24,873 nucleotides of DNA, from the UHGV virus genome UHGV-0240820. One strand, 5' to 3'. The notes below the pieces were generated by a model. That model had not been told where the DNA came from. It saw only the letters and a list, made by a program, of their open reading frames with translations, and did no database searches. Below are positions 8,108 through 18,800 of the stretch, in pieces (position 1 is the stretch's first letter; every line of letters begins with the position of its first letter). A program made the position numbers and the translations under genes. The DNA is from a virus.

Positions 8108-8545
8108 ATGATCACCGACAAACTGTTGATGTTCTCCGAAGCTCAGGCGGTTACGAATACCGCGGCTTCTACTGACGTAATCGACCTCGGTCCAATTGAC
8201 GGAAAACGTCGTGATATCGGCGTGGGTTACCCGCTTGAGTTTTGGGCGCTGGTTAACGCAGCCGCCGCGGCAAGCGGTGATGCAACTGTAAACATCCAGT
8301 TGCAGACGAGTGAGAATAACAGCTCATGGACCACTATTTATGATAGTGGCGCACTGGCAAAGACCGCCCTGACAGCAGGTAAACGAGTTGTTTCTGCAAA
8401 GGTGCCTGCCGGTGTTCAGCGATATCTGCGTGTTAACTACTCCGTCGCAACTGGCCCACTAACGGCTGGCAAATTCACTGCGGGTATCAGTCTGGATGTT
8501 GATGCCAATACGCCGTACCCGATCCGCTCAAAAGTAACTGGTTAA
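8108..8545 (+). CDS. hypothetical virion protein (145 aa), possibly a capsid accessory/decoration protein
   Basis: GGAG at 8097-8100. Gly/Ala/Thr/Val-rich, beta-rich composition. Function is by position only. Confidence 0.5.
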   Translation: MITDKLLMFSEAQAVTNTAASTDVIDLGPIDGKRRDIGVGYPLEFWALVNAAAAASGDATVNIQLQTSENNSSWTTIYDSGALAKTALTAGKRVVSAKVPAGVQRYLRVNYSVATGPLTAGKFTAGISLDVDANTPYPIRSKVTG

Positions 8546-8555
8546 GGTGATATCG

Positions 8556-8891
8556 ATGTCAGGTGAGAAACCAAGATACCGCGTTCTGCGCCTCTCTCAT
8601 ATCCATAACACTCTGTGGCCGGAGGGGGCAGAAATCGAATACGAAGGTGAGCCTGGTAGCGCACTGGAACCTGTTAACGATGCAGCCAGACAGGCAAAAG
8701 CAAAAGTTGCAGGAAAGGTGTCAATGGCAGCAACCAGCACCAAAATCATCAACGATATGTCAGATGATGGTGAACTGGATAAGCTCCGTGAAGAGTACGA
8801 ATTGCTCTTTAACGAGAAGCCACACCATAACGCCAAAGCCGAAACGCTACGCGAGAAGATCGCAGATAAGCGTAAAGAACTGGGCGTGTAA
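8556..8891 (+). CDS. hypothetical protein (111 aa)
   Basis: ATG 8556 preceded by AAGGTGA (8544-8550); the ORF track's upstream GTG at 8547 would sit inside that RBS. Followed by a strong terminator. Confidence 0.5.
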   Translation: MSGEKPRYRVLRLSHIHNTLWPEGAEIEYEGEPGSALEPVNDAARQAKAKVAGKVSMAATSTKIINDMSDDGELDKLREEYELLFNEKPHHNAKAETLREKIADKRKELGV

Positions 8892-8908
8892 GCCTCGCGA
8901 ATCAGACA

Positions 8909-8931
8909 AGGGGCTTCGGCCCCTTTATTGC
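8909..8931 (+). terminator. intrinsic terminator after the capsid gene block
   Basis: AAGGGGC (8909-8915), loop TTCG, GCCCCTT (8920-8926), followed by TTTATTG. Confidence 0.7.
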
Positions 8932-8947
8932 AGGAGTATAGAAACTT

Positions 8948-9553
8948 ATGGCCTCTGTAGTAGAGATCTGCAATCGTGCGCTGTCCAATATTGGCAACAG
9001 CCGCAGTATTAACAGCCTGACGGAAGCCAGCAAGGAAGCGGGGGAATGTTCGCTGCACTTTGAGGCCTGCCGTGATGCTGTGCTTTCTGATTTTGACTGG
9101 AACTTTGCTACCAAACGCGTGGCGCTTGCAGATACGAACAATCCACCGCCTGACTGGGAATATGCGTACCAGTACCCGTCCGATTGTCTGCGCATTACTG
9201 AAATTATGCTTCCTGGTGTACGCAATCCAACAGCAGCAATGCGCGTTCAGTACGAAGTTGGTGCAGACACCAACGGAACAGGAAAGTTGATCTACACAGA
9301 CCAGCCGCAGGCATGGCTCAAGTATGTATCTCGCGTTACAGATGTGAACATGTTTGATGCCATTTTTATGGAGGCGTTGGCCTGGCGTCTTGCGGCAGCT
9401 ATTAACATGGCGCTGACTGGGAATGCAGACCTCGGTACGTTTGCCCTCAATATGTACAATCGCGTGATTCTTAGTGCTGGCTCGCATAGCCAGAATGAAT
9501 CACAGGAACCACTGCCACCGGTTGACGAGTTTACCATTGCGAGGTTGTCCTGA
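8948..9553 (+). CDS. tail tubular protein A-like (adaptor/gatekeeper, T7 gp11-like)
   Basis: 201 aa (T7 gp11 is ~196 aa). N-terminal pattern N-x-x-L-S-x-I-G...W-x-F resembles gp11 as recalled. AGGAG RBS. Sits directly before the 823-aa gene. Confidence 0.6.
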   Translation: MASVVEICNRALSNIGNSRSINSLTEASKEAGECSLHFEACRDAVLSDFDWNFATKRVALADTNNPPPDWEYAYQYPSDCLRITEIMLPGVRNPTAAMRVQYEVGADTNGTGKLIYTDQPQAWLKYVSRVTDVNMFDAIFMEALAWRLAAAINMALTGNADLGTFALNMYNRVILSAGSHSQNESQEPLPPVDEFTIARLS

Positions 9554-12024
9554 TGGCTATCAGTTGGATCCAGCCCAGCTTTGCCGGTGGTGAGATTGGA
9601 CCGTCGTTGTACGGTCGTATTGACATGGCGAAGTACCAGGTGGCATTGCGCAAGTGCGATAACTTTATCGTGCGGCAGTATGGCGGAGTTGAGAATCGAC
9701 CTGGTACGCGTTTTGTCGGTGCCGCCAAATATCCAAATCGGAAATGCCGCCTGATCCCGTTCCAGTTCTCGACGGTTCAGACTTATGCTCTGGAGTTCGG
9801 ACACCAGTACATGCGCGTTATCAAAGATGGTGCGTTGGTGCTGAACAGCAGCAATGTTATTTATGAAATTTCCACGCCATATACTGAAGCCGATCTGTTC
9901 CGAATTAAATTCACGCAAAGCGCAGACGTGCTTACGCTTGTTCATCCGGCATACCCGCCGAAAGAGTTGCGTCGCTATGCGCATGACAACTGGCAACTGG
10001 TTGATGTGGTAACGAAGAACGGACCATTTGAAGATATCAATATTGACGAGTCAGTGACGGTTTATGCCAGCGCCAGCACCGGGACAATTACGTTAACGGC
10101 AAGCGCCTCTATTTTTGGCGCGGAGCAGGTAGGCAAATTGTTCTATCTGGAACAGCCTGCAGTGGATTCTGTGCCGGTATGGGAAACCAGTAAGAGTACG
10201 TCAATTGGCGATATTCGCCGTGCAGACAGTAACTACTATCGCGCCGTTACAGTAGGCAAAACAGGCACTTTGCGCCCTTCGCATACAGAAGGCACATCAT
10301 GGGATGGCTGGGGCGGATCCGGTGATGATGATACCGGCATTGAGTGGGAGTATCTGCACAGTGGTTTTGGCATTGCCCGTATCTCTGCTGCAAATGGAAC
10401 TACTGCAACTGCCGAGGTGATTTCCTATATCCCTTCGCAGGTAGTTGGCGAGGATAATGCCAGCTATAAATGGGCTAAATATGCCTGGAACAGTGTTAAT
10501 GGTTATCCTGGCACTGTTGTTTATTATCAACAACGTCTTTACTTCGCCGCATCGACTGCGTTCCCTCAGACTATCTGGGCCAGCCGTACCGGGGATTATA
10601 AGGATTTTGGCAAAAGCAATCCTACGCAGGATGACGACAGAATTATCTACACCTATGCCGGGCGTCAGGTTAATGAGATCCGCCACCTGATTGATGTTGG
10701 TTCTCTGGTGGCGCTGACTTCCGGAGGTGAGTACGTCATCACCGGCGACCAGAACAAAGTGTTAACCCCATCATCATTTGCATTCAGCTCTCAGGGATCA
10801 AATGGCTCAAGCAACGTCCCGCCAATTGCCGTGGCGAATATTGCTCTGTTCGTCCAGGAGAAAGGCAGTGTTGTCCGTGATCTGGCCTACTCATTCGATG
10901 TTGACGGCTATCAGGGGAACGACCTGACCATCCTTGCCAATCATCTTTTTCAGAAGCACAGCATTGTTGACTGGTGCTTCTCGATAGTCCCTTACTCCAG
11001 CGCCTTCTGCATTCGTGATGACGGTAAATTACTGGTGATGACCTATTTGCGTGATCAGCAGGTTTTTGCATGGGCACCACAATCCAGTACCGGAAAATAT
11101 GAAAGCACATGCAGTATCAGCGAAGGCAATGAAGATGCGGTGTATTTCGTCGTTAACCGAACCGTTAACGGGCAAACAGTGAGATACATCGAGCGACTGT
11201 CCAGCCGTTTATTTACCAGCGATGAAGATGCTTTCTTTGTTGATTCTGGCCTTAGCTATGATGGAAGAAATACGTCTGACAGAACGATGACCATCACTGG
11301 TGGTTCTGGCGAATGGGATCACCGCGCGGAATATACAATCAGTGTTTCTGGTGGTGCGTACTTCACCAGTAGTGATGTCGGCGCGCAACTACAGTTCCCT
11401 TATACCGGAACTGATCCTGATACTGGCGATGAGGTGTCAAAAGAATTACGTTGCGACATTATTTCTGTAACCAGCAATACCGCTGTAGTGGTTCGTGCTA
11501 ACAGGAACGTCCCGCCATCCATCAGGAATGTGGCCACCACGAACTGGCAGATGGCGCGCCGGACATTTGGAGGCCTGTCTCATCTTGAAGGCCAGACCGT
11601 AAACATTCTCTCTGATGCGAACGTGGAACCACAGAAAGTGGTTTCCGGAGGTGCCGTCACGCTGGAATCTCCGGGGGCTGTAGTGCACATCGGCCTGCCA
11701 ATAACTGCTGAATTCGAAACACTGGATATCAACATTAACGGACAGGAAACGCTGCTGGACAAAAAACAGGTGATCCCGTCCGTTACTCTGGTTGTGAATG
11801 CCAGTCGCGGCATCTGGGCGACTACGCCCGGCGGTAAATGGTACGAATATCCACAGCGTGAATTCGAGTTCTACGATGATCCTGTTGATGATGCTACCGG
11901 AAAAGTAGAAGTGAAACTGGACAGTAACTGGGGCAAAAACGGACGTGTAAAAATCCGTCAGCTTGATCCGTTGCCGCTGTCTGTTCTTGCCGTTATTCCT
12001 CGCCTTACTGTTGGTGGGTTCTGA
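9553..12024 (+). CDS. tail tubular protein B-like (nozzle, T7 gp12-like)
   Basis: 823 aa (T7 gp12 is ~794 aa); ATG overlaps the upstream stop (TGATG). Called from size, order and beta-rich composition. Confidence 0.6.
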   Translation: MAISWIQPSFAGGEIGPSLYGRIDMAKYQVALRKCDNFIVRQYGGVENRPGTRFVGAAKYPNRKCRLIPFQFSTVQTYALEFGHQYMRVIKDGALVLNSSNVIYEISTPYTEADLFRIKFTQSADVLTLVHPAYPPKELRRYAHDNWQLVDVVTKNGPFEDINIDESVTVYASASTGTITLTASASIFGAEQVGKLFYLEQPAVDSVPVWETSKSTSIGDIRRADSNYYRAVTVGKTGTLRPSHTEGTSWDGWGGSGDDDTGIEWEYLHSGFGIARISAANGTTATAEVISYIPSQVVGEDNASYKWAKYAWNSVNGYPGTVVYYQQRLYFAASTAFPQTIWASRTGDYKDFGKSNPTQDDDRIIYTYAGRQVNEIRHLIDVGSLVALTSGGEYVITGDQNKVLTPSSFAFSSQGSNGSSNVPPIAVANIALFVQEKGSVVRDLAYSFDVDGYQGNDLTILANHLFQKHSIVDWCFSIVPYSSAFCIRDDGKLLVMTYLRDQQVFAWAPQSSTGKYESTCSISEGNEDAVYFVVNRTVNGQTVRYIERLSSRLFTSDEDAFFVDSGLSYDGRNTSDRTMTITGGSGEWDHRAEYTISVSGGAYFTSSDVGAQLQFPYTGTDPDTGDEVSKELRCDIISVTSNTAVVVRANRNVPPSIRNVATTNWQMARRTFGGLSHLEGQTVNILSDANVEPQKVVSGGAVTLESPGAVVHIGLPITAEFETLDININGQETLLDKKQVIPSVTLVVNASRGIWATTPGGKWYEYPQREFEFYDDPVDDATGKVEVKLDSNWGKNGRVKIRQLDPLPLSVLAVIPRLTVGGF

Positions 12025-12488
12025 TGATCGATGTTCAAATTATTCCCGCAACCGAAGAGCATCTTCAGATGATTTTGCCGGATGTTCGTCAGGCTGATAT
12101 TGACGAACTGTATGCGGTATCACTGATGACTACCGAAGATGCGCTGCGTGTTGGTCTGCGTACTGCGACTATGGCCTGGTCAGGATTTGCGAACGGAGAA
12201 CTGGTAACCATGTTTGGCGTATCTCCGGCGTCAATGATCGGTGGCAATGGTACGCCCTGGCTGGTCGGAACCAGCCGCATCGAAAAATATCAGAAGACAT
12301 TTCTTCGCCACTGCCGCCCTGTATTGCAGCAGATGCTGGCAGTTTATCCGCGCCTGGAAAACTATGTCGACGAGCGAAACCATGTTGCCAAAGCATGGCT
12401 GCACTGGCTTGGATTCAGGCTTGAAGAAGCCGCTCCTTATGGTGCTCTTGGTCTTAATTTCCACAGATTTCACATGGAGAGAAAATAA
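12024..12488 (+). CDS. internal virion protein candidate (gp13 position)
   Basis: 154 aa, translationally coupled (TGATG); position matches T7 gene 13. No motif recognised. Confidence 0.45.
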   Translation: MIDVQIIPATEEHLQMILPDVRQADIDELYAVSLMTTEDALRVGLRTATMAWSGFANGELVTMFGVSPASMIGGNGTPWLVGTSRIEKYQKTFLRHCRPVLQQMLAVYPRLENYVDERNHVAKAWLHWLGFRLEEAAPYGALGLNFHRFHMERK

Positions 12489-13054
12489 TGTGTAACCCAG
12501 CCATCGCTTTGGTTGCCGTCACAGTGGCATCCACAGCCGCGTCAATGTACAGCCAGAGCAAGCAGGCAAAATACCAGTCAGCCATAGCTGATCGGAATGC
12601 TGAAATTGCTGAAGCTCAGGCACAGGATTCAATCAATCGTGGGAATATTGAAGCGGATCAGCGTCGTCGTGAAATGCGTCAACGCTCAGGCACTGCGGCG
12701 GCCACTATGGGGGCTACCGGTGCGGAATTAAGTAGCGGAACAGCTCTTGACGTTTTTGCGGATAATGCTCAGTTCGGCACTCTTGATGCGTTAACGACAG
12801 TGAATAATGCTCAGCGTGAGGCATATGGGTATCAGGTTCAGGGAATGAATGCTCAGGCACAGGGGGCTGCTGCTCAGTCGGCTGCTAAATCATCGATGAC
12901 CAGCACTTTGTTAACGGCACCACTAAAAGCATACGGTGCATATAAGTTGGGTAGCGGAAGTATCAATCCGATTAGTAAGCAAGGAAACACGCCAATGTTA
13001 TCTAACTCAGGTTTTATGAATTCTGACTCCCGATTCAAAATAGGAGGTTATTGA
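12488..13054 (+). CDS. internal virion protein B-like (T7 gp14-like)
   Basis: 188 aa; N-terminus MCNPAIALVAVTVASTAAS resembles T7 gp14 (MCWAAAIPIAISGAQA, from memory); Ala/Gln-rich. Confidence 0.6.
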   Translation: MCNPAIALVAVTVASTAASMYSQSKQAKYQSAIADRNAEIAEAQAQDSINRGNIEADQRRREMRQRSGTAAATMGATGAELSSGTALDVFADNAQFGTLDALTTVNNAQREAYGYQVQGMNAQAQGAAAQSAAKSSMTSTLLTAPLKAYGAYKLGSGSINPISKQGNTPMLSNSGFMNSDSRFKIGGY

Positions 13055-15801
13055 TGCCTGTTGTTCCTACTACATCCGGACGCCAGGTGCAAAGTCGTGG
13101 TGTGCAAACCGGTGGTTTTCAGACCTTCGATGTTCCTCAAGCAGGTCAGGTGCTGGCGAATGTCGCAGATCAGTATGCGGTGGCATATGGTGAAGCCAGG
13201 CAGAAAGCGAATGTTGCTATGGCCCAGGAGGCGTTACTGCAATTTAACCAATTTGCAGATGACCAGATTAACAACCCTGAAAATGGGCTGATTTCTAAAC
13301 AGGGTAAAAACGCTCTTGGTCAGAGTGACGCTGTTATGAAAAATATGCAGGAAAGGGCTCAGGCATTATTAGGCTCAATTCCTGAAAGTGAGGAAAGGAA
13401 TAAATTATCCTTTCAACTCCAGCAGTCTATGCAGTCTTATTACAATCAGGCACGTCGATATGAAGTTGGGCAGTTTCAGCAATTCCAAGATCAAACGTAT
13501 TTGTCAGGAAATGCATTGGCTGTCACTCAGTCTGCGGGGCTATATAGCGATAACCAAGCATTTGTCGATTTAGCCAAGCAGCGATTTGAATCTATTGATC
13601 AATACGCTGATGCGCATGGGCTTCCTGATGGGTGGCGTGTTCAGCAGAAAACTCAGCTCAAGGAACAAATGGGGCAGCAAGCATGGATAGGAAATATCGC
13701 TCAAAAATACAACGAGTTTCTTCAGGTTAATGGAGAGCCAGGGGATCTTGATGGTGTGAGTCGTGCAATATCACATGGTAATTCATTGGATGCTCGTGGT
13801 TTACGTAATAATAACCCTGGTAATATTGAAGCGAGCAAATCTAACCCGTGGGAAGGTCAGATCGGTAGCGATGGACGTTTTGCAACGTTTGCTACCCCTG
13901 AGCATGGAATCCGCGCGTTGGGTAAAAATATGTTGTCTTACCAGCGTCAAGGCTATGACACCGTTAGCGAGATTGTTAATCGCTATGCTCCGGCTAGTGA
14001 TGGTAATAATACTGATGCTTATATTAGGGCATTGTGTGGTGAGCTTGGTGTTGGGGAGAATGATCAGCTTGATATCTCTAACCCAAAGACACTAGCTGCT
14101 TTATGTGCTGGGATTATTAAACACGAAAATGGCAGTATGCCTTATAGCACCGAACAGCTTGAAACTGGTATCTCGGCAGCCCTTGGTCTAACTAACCTTG
14201 ATTCACCTAAGCGTTATACGGGCAATGCGGCATTTGATGCTATGAGCCCTCAAATGCAAATACAGGCATTGAGGCAGGCTAATGAGCTGAGAAATCAGTA
14301 CCGCCAGCAGTATGCGGACCAGCTTAGCACCGTAGTTAAAGATGCATATTCAGCCCTTGATGAAGGATTGAAACCTGAGCAGTTACCTTCTGAGGACGAT
14401 TTTATCCGGGCCAATGGTCCGCGCATTGGCGCTATGAAGTGGAAGGATATGCAGGCGCAGATACAATATGGAGGTGTCATTGGTGCCGCTAAAGACCTCA
14501 CTCCAGAAGGACGACAAGACATTCTTGAACGTTTACGTCCACAGGATCCAAACGCTCCTGGATTTGCAGCTAACCAGCAACGCTGGGAGAAAATGCAGGC
14601 CAAATTTAAAGAGATGGATAGGGAGTGGGAGATTCAGCAGGGAAGAAACAGGTTCGTGTCTTCAATGCAAAATAACTTCCCGCTGGACCCGAACGACAAA
14701 AACAATCAGGCAGCGGTAGACCGTTATTTCGCGCAGGATATCGCGCCTTCGTTTTCCATATCTGATCCGCAGAGCATCAATACACTGGTCACCGTCACAA
14801 CTAAAAGCGGCATGATACCAACTCAGGTTAAAACAATGCTTAACAGTGGAGCAACATCAAGAGATCCTGCGCTGGTTGTCCCGATGGCAAAATTCTACGG
14901 TCAGTTATTCGATAATAATCCGGCGGCAGCGGCAACACTTGATAAAAGTACGATGGCATTTTACGGCAAGGTTTACGATTATTCCCGCGCTGGCGTGCCG
15001 GAGGATAAGGCTGTTGATATGGCTTACAGCCAGGTGTTCCAACAGGATGACCGAATGAAACAGATGCTTTCCACTGCCATGCGAGACAAAAAATATGTCG
15101 CGGCGAGGGCAACTGCTGCACAAAATAACGCCAGCAGTCTGACTTCCTTTGGTTCGTGGTCTCCGGATATTACCGATCCAGGAAAATCAAATGCGGCCTA
15201 TCAGCGAGATTACCAGACAATTTACGATGCTAACTTTGTACAGACAGGTGGCGATGCAGAACAGGCTGAGAAAATGACCAATGCCATGATCAGAACCACC
15301 TGGGGAGTTTCTACGGTTAATGGCAAAGCAGAGGTTATGAAGTATGCACCTGAGGCATTGTACGGAGTAAATAATGGTGCTGGTAACTGGATACAGGGGC
15401 AGTGGGAGCAGGAAAAACGCGAGCTTAAATCAAAATCCTTTGGCGGTCCTCGCAGTGATACGGACTTAATACTTGTTTCTGATGGCCTTACGGCAAGGGA
15501 TAGGAGTTATGCTGTTATGGTTTTACAGCCTGACGCAAACGGAGCGATAGAACCGAGAAATTATATTGGAGAAAATGGTCTCCCTGTTCGTTTCAAGCCG
15601 GATCAGCTGACATCTCCAATGTACAGGCAAACCATTCAGTTCCAGCAACAGCGTGTTGATGAGGCTAGAGTGCGGAGAGAAGGCAATCCGCTGCCGCAGT
15701 TCAGCAATAAAGATGGATATACTCCTCCAGATCTGACCAAACCATTCGGTTATGGTTCAGCCAATTACCTTCCGAGCAATATATACGCAGGGGGCAAATA
15801 A
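13054..15801 (+). CDS. internal virion (core/ejection) protein C-like (gp15 position)
   Basis: 915 aa; ATG 13054 preceded by AGGAGG (13042-13047); coupled to neighbours on both sides. Confidence 0.55.
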   Translation: MPVVPTTSGRQVQSRGVQTGGFQTFDVPQAGQVLANVADQYAVAYGEARQKANVAMAQEALLQFNQFADDQINNPENGLISKQGKNALGQSDAVMKNMQERAQALLGSIPESEERNKLSFQLQQSMQSYYNQARRYEVGQFQQFQDQTYLSGNALAVTQSAGLYSDNQAFVDLAKQRFESIDQYADAHGLPDGWRVQQKTQLKEQMGQQAWIGNIAQKYNEFLQVNGEPGDLDGVSRAISHGNSLDARGLRNNNPGNIEASKSNPWEGQIGSDGRFATFATPEHGIRALGKNMLSYQRQGYDTVSEIVNRYAPASDGNNTDAYIRALCGELGVGENDQLDISNPKTLAALCAGIIKHENGSMPYSTEQLETGISAALGLTNLDSPKRYTGNAAFDAMSPQMQIQALRQANELRNQYRQQYADQLSTVVKDAYSALDEGLKPEQLPSEDDFIRANGPRIGAMKWKDMQAQIQYGGVIGAAKDLTPEGRQDILERLRPQDPNAPGFAANQQRWEKMQAKFKEMDREWEIQQGRNRFVSSMQNNFPLDPNDKNNQAAVDRYFAQDIAPSFSISDPQSINTLVTVTTKSGMIPTQVKTMLNSGATSRDPALVVPMAKFYGQLFDNNPAAAATLDKSTMAFYGKVYDYSRAGVPEDKAVDMAYSQVFQQDDRMKQMLSTAMRDKKYVAARATAAQNNASSLTSFGSWSPDITDPGKSNAAYQRDYQTIYDANFVQTGGDAEQAEKMTNAMIRTTWGVSTVNGKAEVMKYAPEALYGVNNGAGNWIQGQWEQEKRELKSKSFGGPRSDTDLILVSDGLTARDRSYAVMVLQPDANGAIEPRNYIGENGLPVRFKPDQLTSPMYRQTIQFQQQRVDEARVRREGNPLPQFSNKDGYTPPDLTKPFGYGSANYLPSNIYAGGK

Positions 15802-18800
15802 TGCCGATATATGAACAGGATCCTAAAGAGTTGCTTGGCGAGGATATTCAGCAAATAGCAGCACCTGATGACAGTAATTTCTATATGGAAACACCTTCTT
15901 TGCTTTCTGCTGTGAACCCATTTACCAGTGATCAACGCGTTCAAAGGTCTAGACAAGCAGCATTTCGTATAGATAACACGCTGGGTAGCTTTATTGCCAG
16001 TGCTCCTTTCAGTCAGTTTGACAGGGTTGAAGGATATAACCCATTTGATAACGATGCAGCAGATATTAAAGGCTATGAAGATTTTGCAGATTCGTTTATC
16101 AACTCCGGTTCGCCTGAAGAAACAATGGCAATTAAACATCGAATCGATCAGCAGAGAGCTGACATGGAATACAATTCAGGCTTGGGATTTGCTGGTACAG
16201 TCTCTTCTGTAGCAATGAGATTAGCAGATCCATTCAATGCGATTTCTATGTTTATTCCGTTCGGCGCTGTCGTTCGTGGCGGTCGTATTGCAGAAACAGC
16301 CGGGCGTTTTGCCCTGGCGAATGCTGCTGGCAGTGTTGCTTCAGAGGCCGCATTACAGGCCACTCAGGAAGCTCGCTCAGCGATGGAGAGCGTATCGAAC
16401 GTTGTTGTTGATGCTCTCGTTGGTGGGATCCTTGGTGCTGGTGCACAGCTACTTGCTGGACCTGGCGCGCGCGAGGCAGTGGTTAACTCAGTAGGTAATC
16501 ATTTGCGAGGTATGGATTCTCCTCAAAGCATTGGTGCAGCTCAGGTTTTCAATACCACACTCGATCAGGAACAGCTCGCTGGACTTGGACTTGCTAACAA
16601 AACGTTGAGTGTCACTCCTGCTGGCCGCTTGGCGCAATCACCATCTCTTGTCTCCCGTCAGATTAACCAGCAGCTTGCCGAAAATAACTATTTCTTCGCC
16701 AAAAATGATGAGGGGTTGGCTACGTTTACGGCAGTCGAGACTAAGATTAAGCAATACGACGCCATGCTTTATAAGCAGATGGAAGCCACTCGTGATGCTT
16801 ACCAGCAGTACAGCAAATCTGTTAGCGCCCGCGGCGTGAAGAGGATGAACTTTATTGATTTCAATGAAGCTGTTGGCATGGCTATGCGCCGTGGTGATCA
16901 GAGTGATATTCCTGAGGTTTCACAAGCAGCCGCCAGAATCCGCCCCATTTTCGAGACCACAAAAGCCCGTATGCAGGAACTGGGGATCCTTCCTAAGGAT
17001 ATCGATGTCGTGACGGCGAAAAGTTATCTTCCCCGCATTTATAAGTTCGATAAGATACTTTCCGACCGCACTGAATTCAGAGGGCGAATTGCCAACTGGA
17101 TACAAGGGATTAGTGCCAAAGGTGCTGACAAAGCAGGTCAGCGAATTGAAAGGATAAATTCATTGCTAAAAACTGCAGAGGAATCGGCACCGCGCGCTGA
17201 TGCTCTCGCTAGTGAAATCGCTGAAGCGGAGAAATGGTCTGGTAAAAAAATTCTACTCATGGAAGAACTGGATAAACGAAATAAGCTTATATCTCAGGAG
17301 ACTGACACACAGGCGCGTCTTACAAGAATAGAAAAAGAGTTGGCCGAGACTTCATCAGAAAAACTTCAGGCAAGAATGATGAAAGAAAGCTCTGACCTTA
17401 AAACACGCCTTGATGATATAGCGCAGGCAAAGAGTGAGCTTCCTGTCTATCAGCGCCATATGGAGTTGTTGGATAATCCACGGAAATATCGTTCTGAGCT
17501 TCGCCGACTGCAAAAACGGGCAAATTCAACCACAAGGCTGAATGCAAGCCGCGAACGAGCACTGAAGCAGATGGAGCCTCTATCCCGAGAGGAAGCAGAG
17601 GACGCTGCTGACGAGATCGTGAATAAAATAATAGGCGCACCTTCCGGGCTTGTACCAGCCGATATTATCCCAGAGAGACTCGTTGGTCGGGCTGGTTTCA
17701 CTAAAAGCAGAACGCTGCTTATTCCTGATGAGCGTATAGAAGATTTTCTTGAATCAGATGTTAACTACATCATGGAAAGTTATCTCCGGCAGGTGGCACC
17801 AGAAATTGAGCTGACTGCGCAGTTTGGCCGTAAAGATATGGGGGAGCAAATCCGTCAGGTTAGTGAGGAATATACCCGGCTAATAAAAGAGGCTAAAACA
17901 CCTAAACGACGTGCAGTTCTTGAGAAGCAACGGGCGGCTGATATTAGGGATATTACGGCTATGCGTGATCGACTGCTTGGTACTTACGGTGCACCTCAAG
18001 ATCCACGCAGTTTCTTTGTTCGTGCCGGGCGAGTTGCTAGGAATATTAACTTCCTCCGTTTGCTTGGTGGAATGACCGTCTCCGCTGCAACTGATCTGAT
18101 GCGACCGATGATGCAGCATGGCCTGAGAAAATCTCTCGGACCAATGGTAAGCATGCTTAAAAATATGGACTCAGTGAAGATTGCAACCAGGGATTTGCGA
18201 GAAATGGCCGTTGGGCTTGATTATGTCCTGTCTACGCGTACAAAGGCTATAGCGGATCTTACTGACCCATATAGCCGGAGAAGCGCCGCTGAGCGAGGCC
18301 TGAACTGGATGACGCAGAAATTCGGTAACTGGACGCTGATGAATCAGTGGAACAGCGCACTTAAATCATGGTCTGGGATGATAGTGCAGTCGAGGATACT
18401 TGACGCGGCTCGCCAAGTTTCTGCTGGTGGCACGCTCTCCAAAAGTGAAATGCGGAAGATGGCACAGGTCGGCATCAATGAAGATGTTCTGCGCCGAATC
18501 GGGGAGCAATTCGGGAAGCACGGAGAGGATATGGACGGGCTGTTAACCGGGCATAGTCATCTGTGGGATGACCGTTTCGCTAGAGAGATTTTCCAGTCTG
18601 CAGTGCTGAAAGATGTAGACTCAGTGATTGTAACGCCTGGCGTAGGTGATACACCGCTGTTTTTTAGTAAAGAAGGCTGGAAGATGATCACGCAGTTCAA
18701 AACGTTTATCTTCGCACAGCATAACAGGGTGCTGGTATCTGGTATCCAGCAGGGCGATGCTGCATTCTATCTTGGTGCGCTTGGCACGATTGCGCTTGGC

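Noticed and set aside
8597-9996. Minus-strand ORFs of 296, 107 and 234 aa antisense to the tubular-protein genes
   Set aside because: They overlap strongly supported plus-strand structural genes; Cys/Arg-rich, no RBS.
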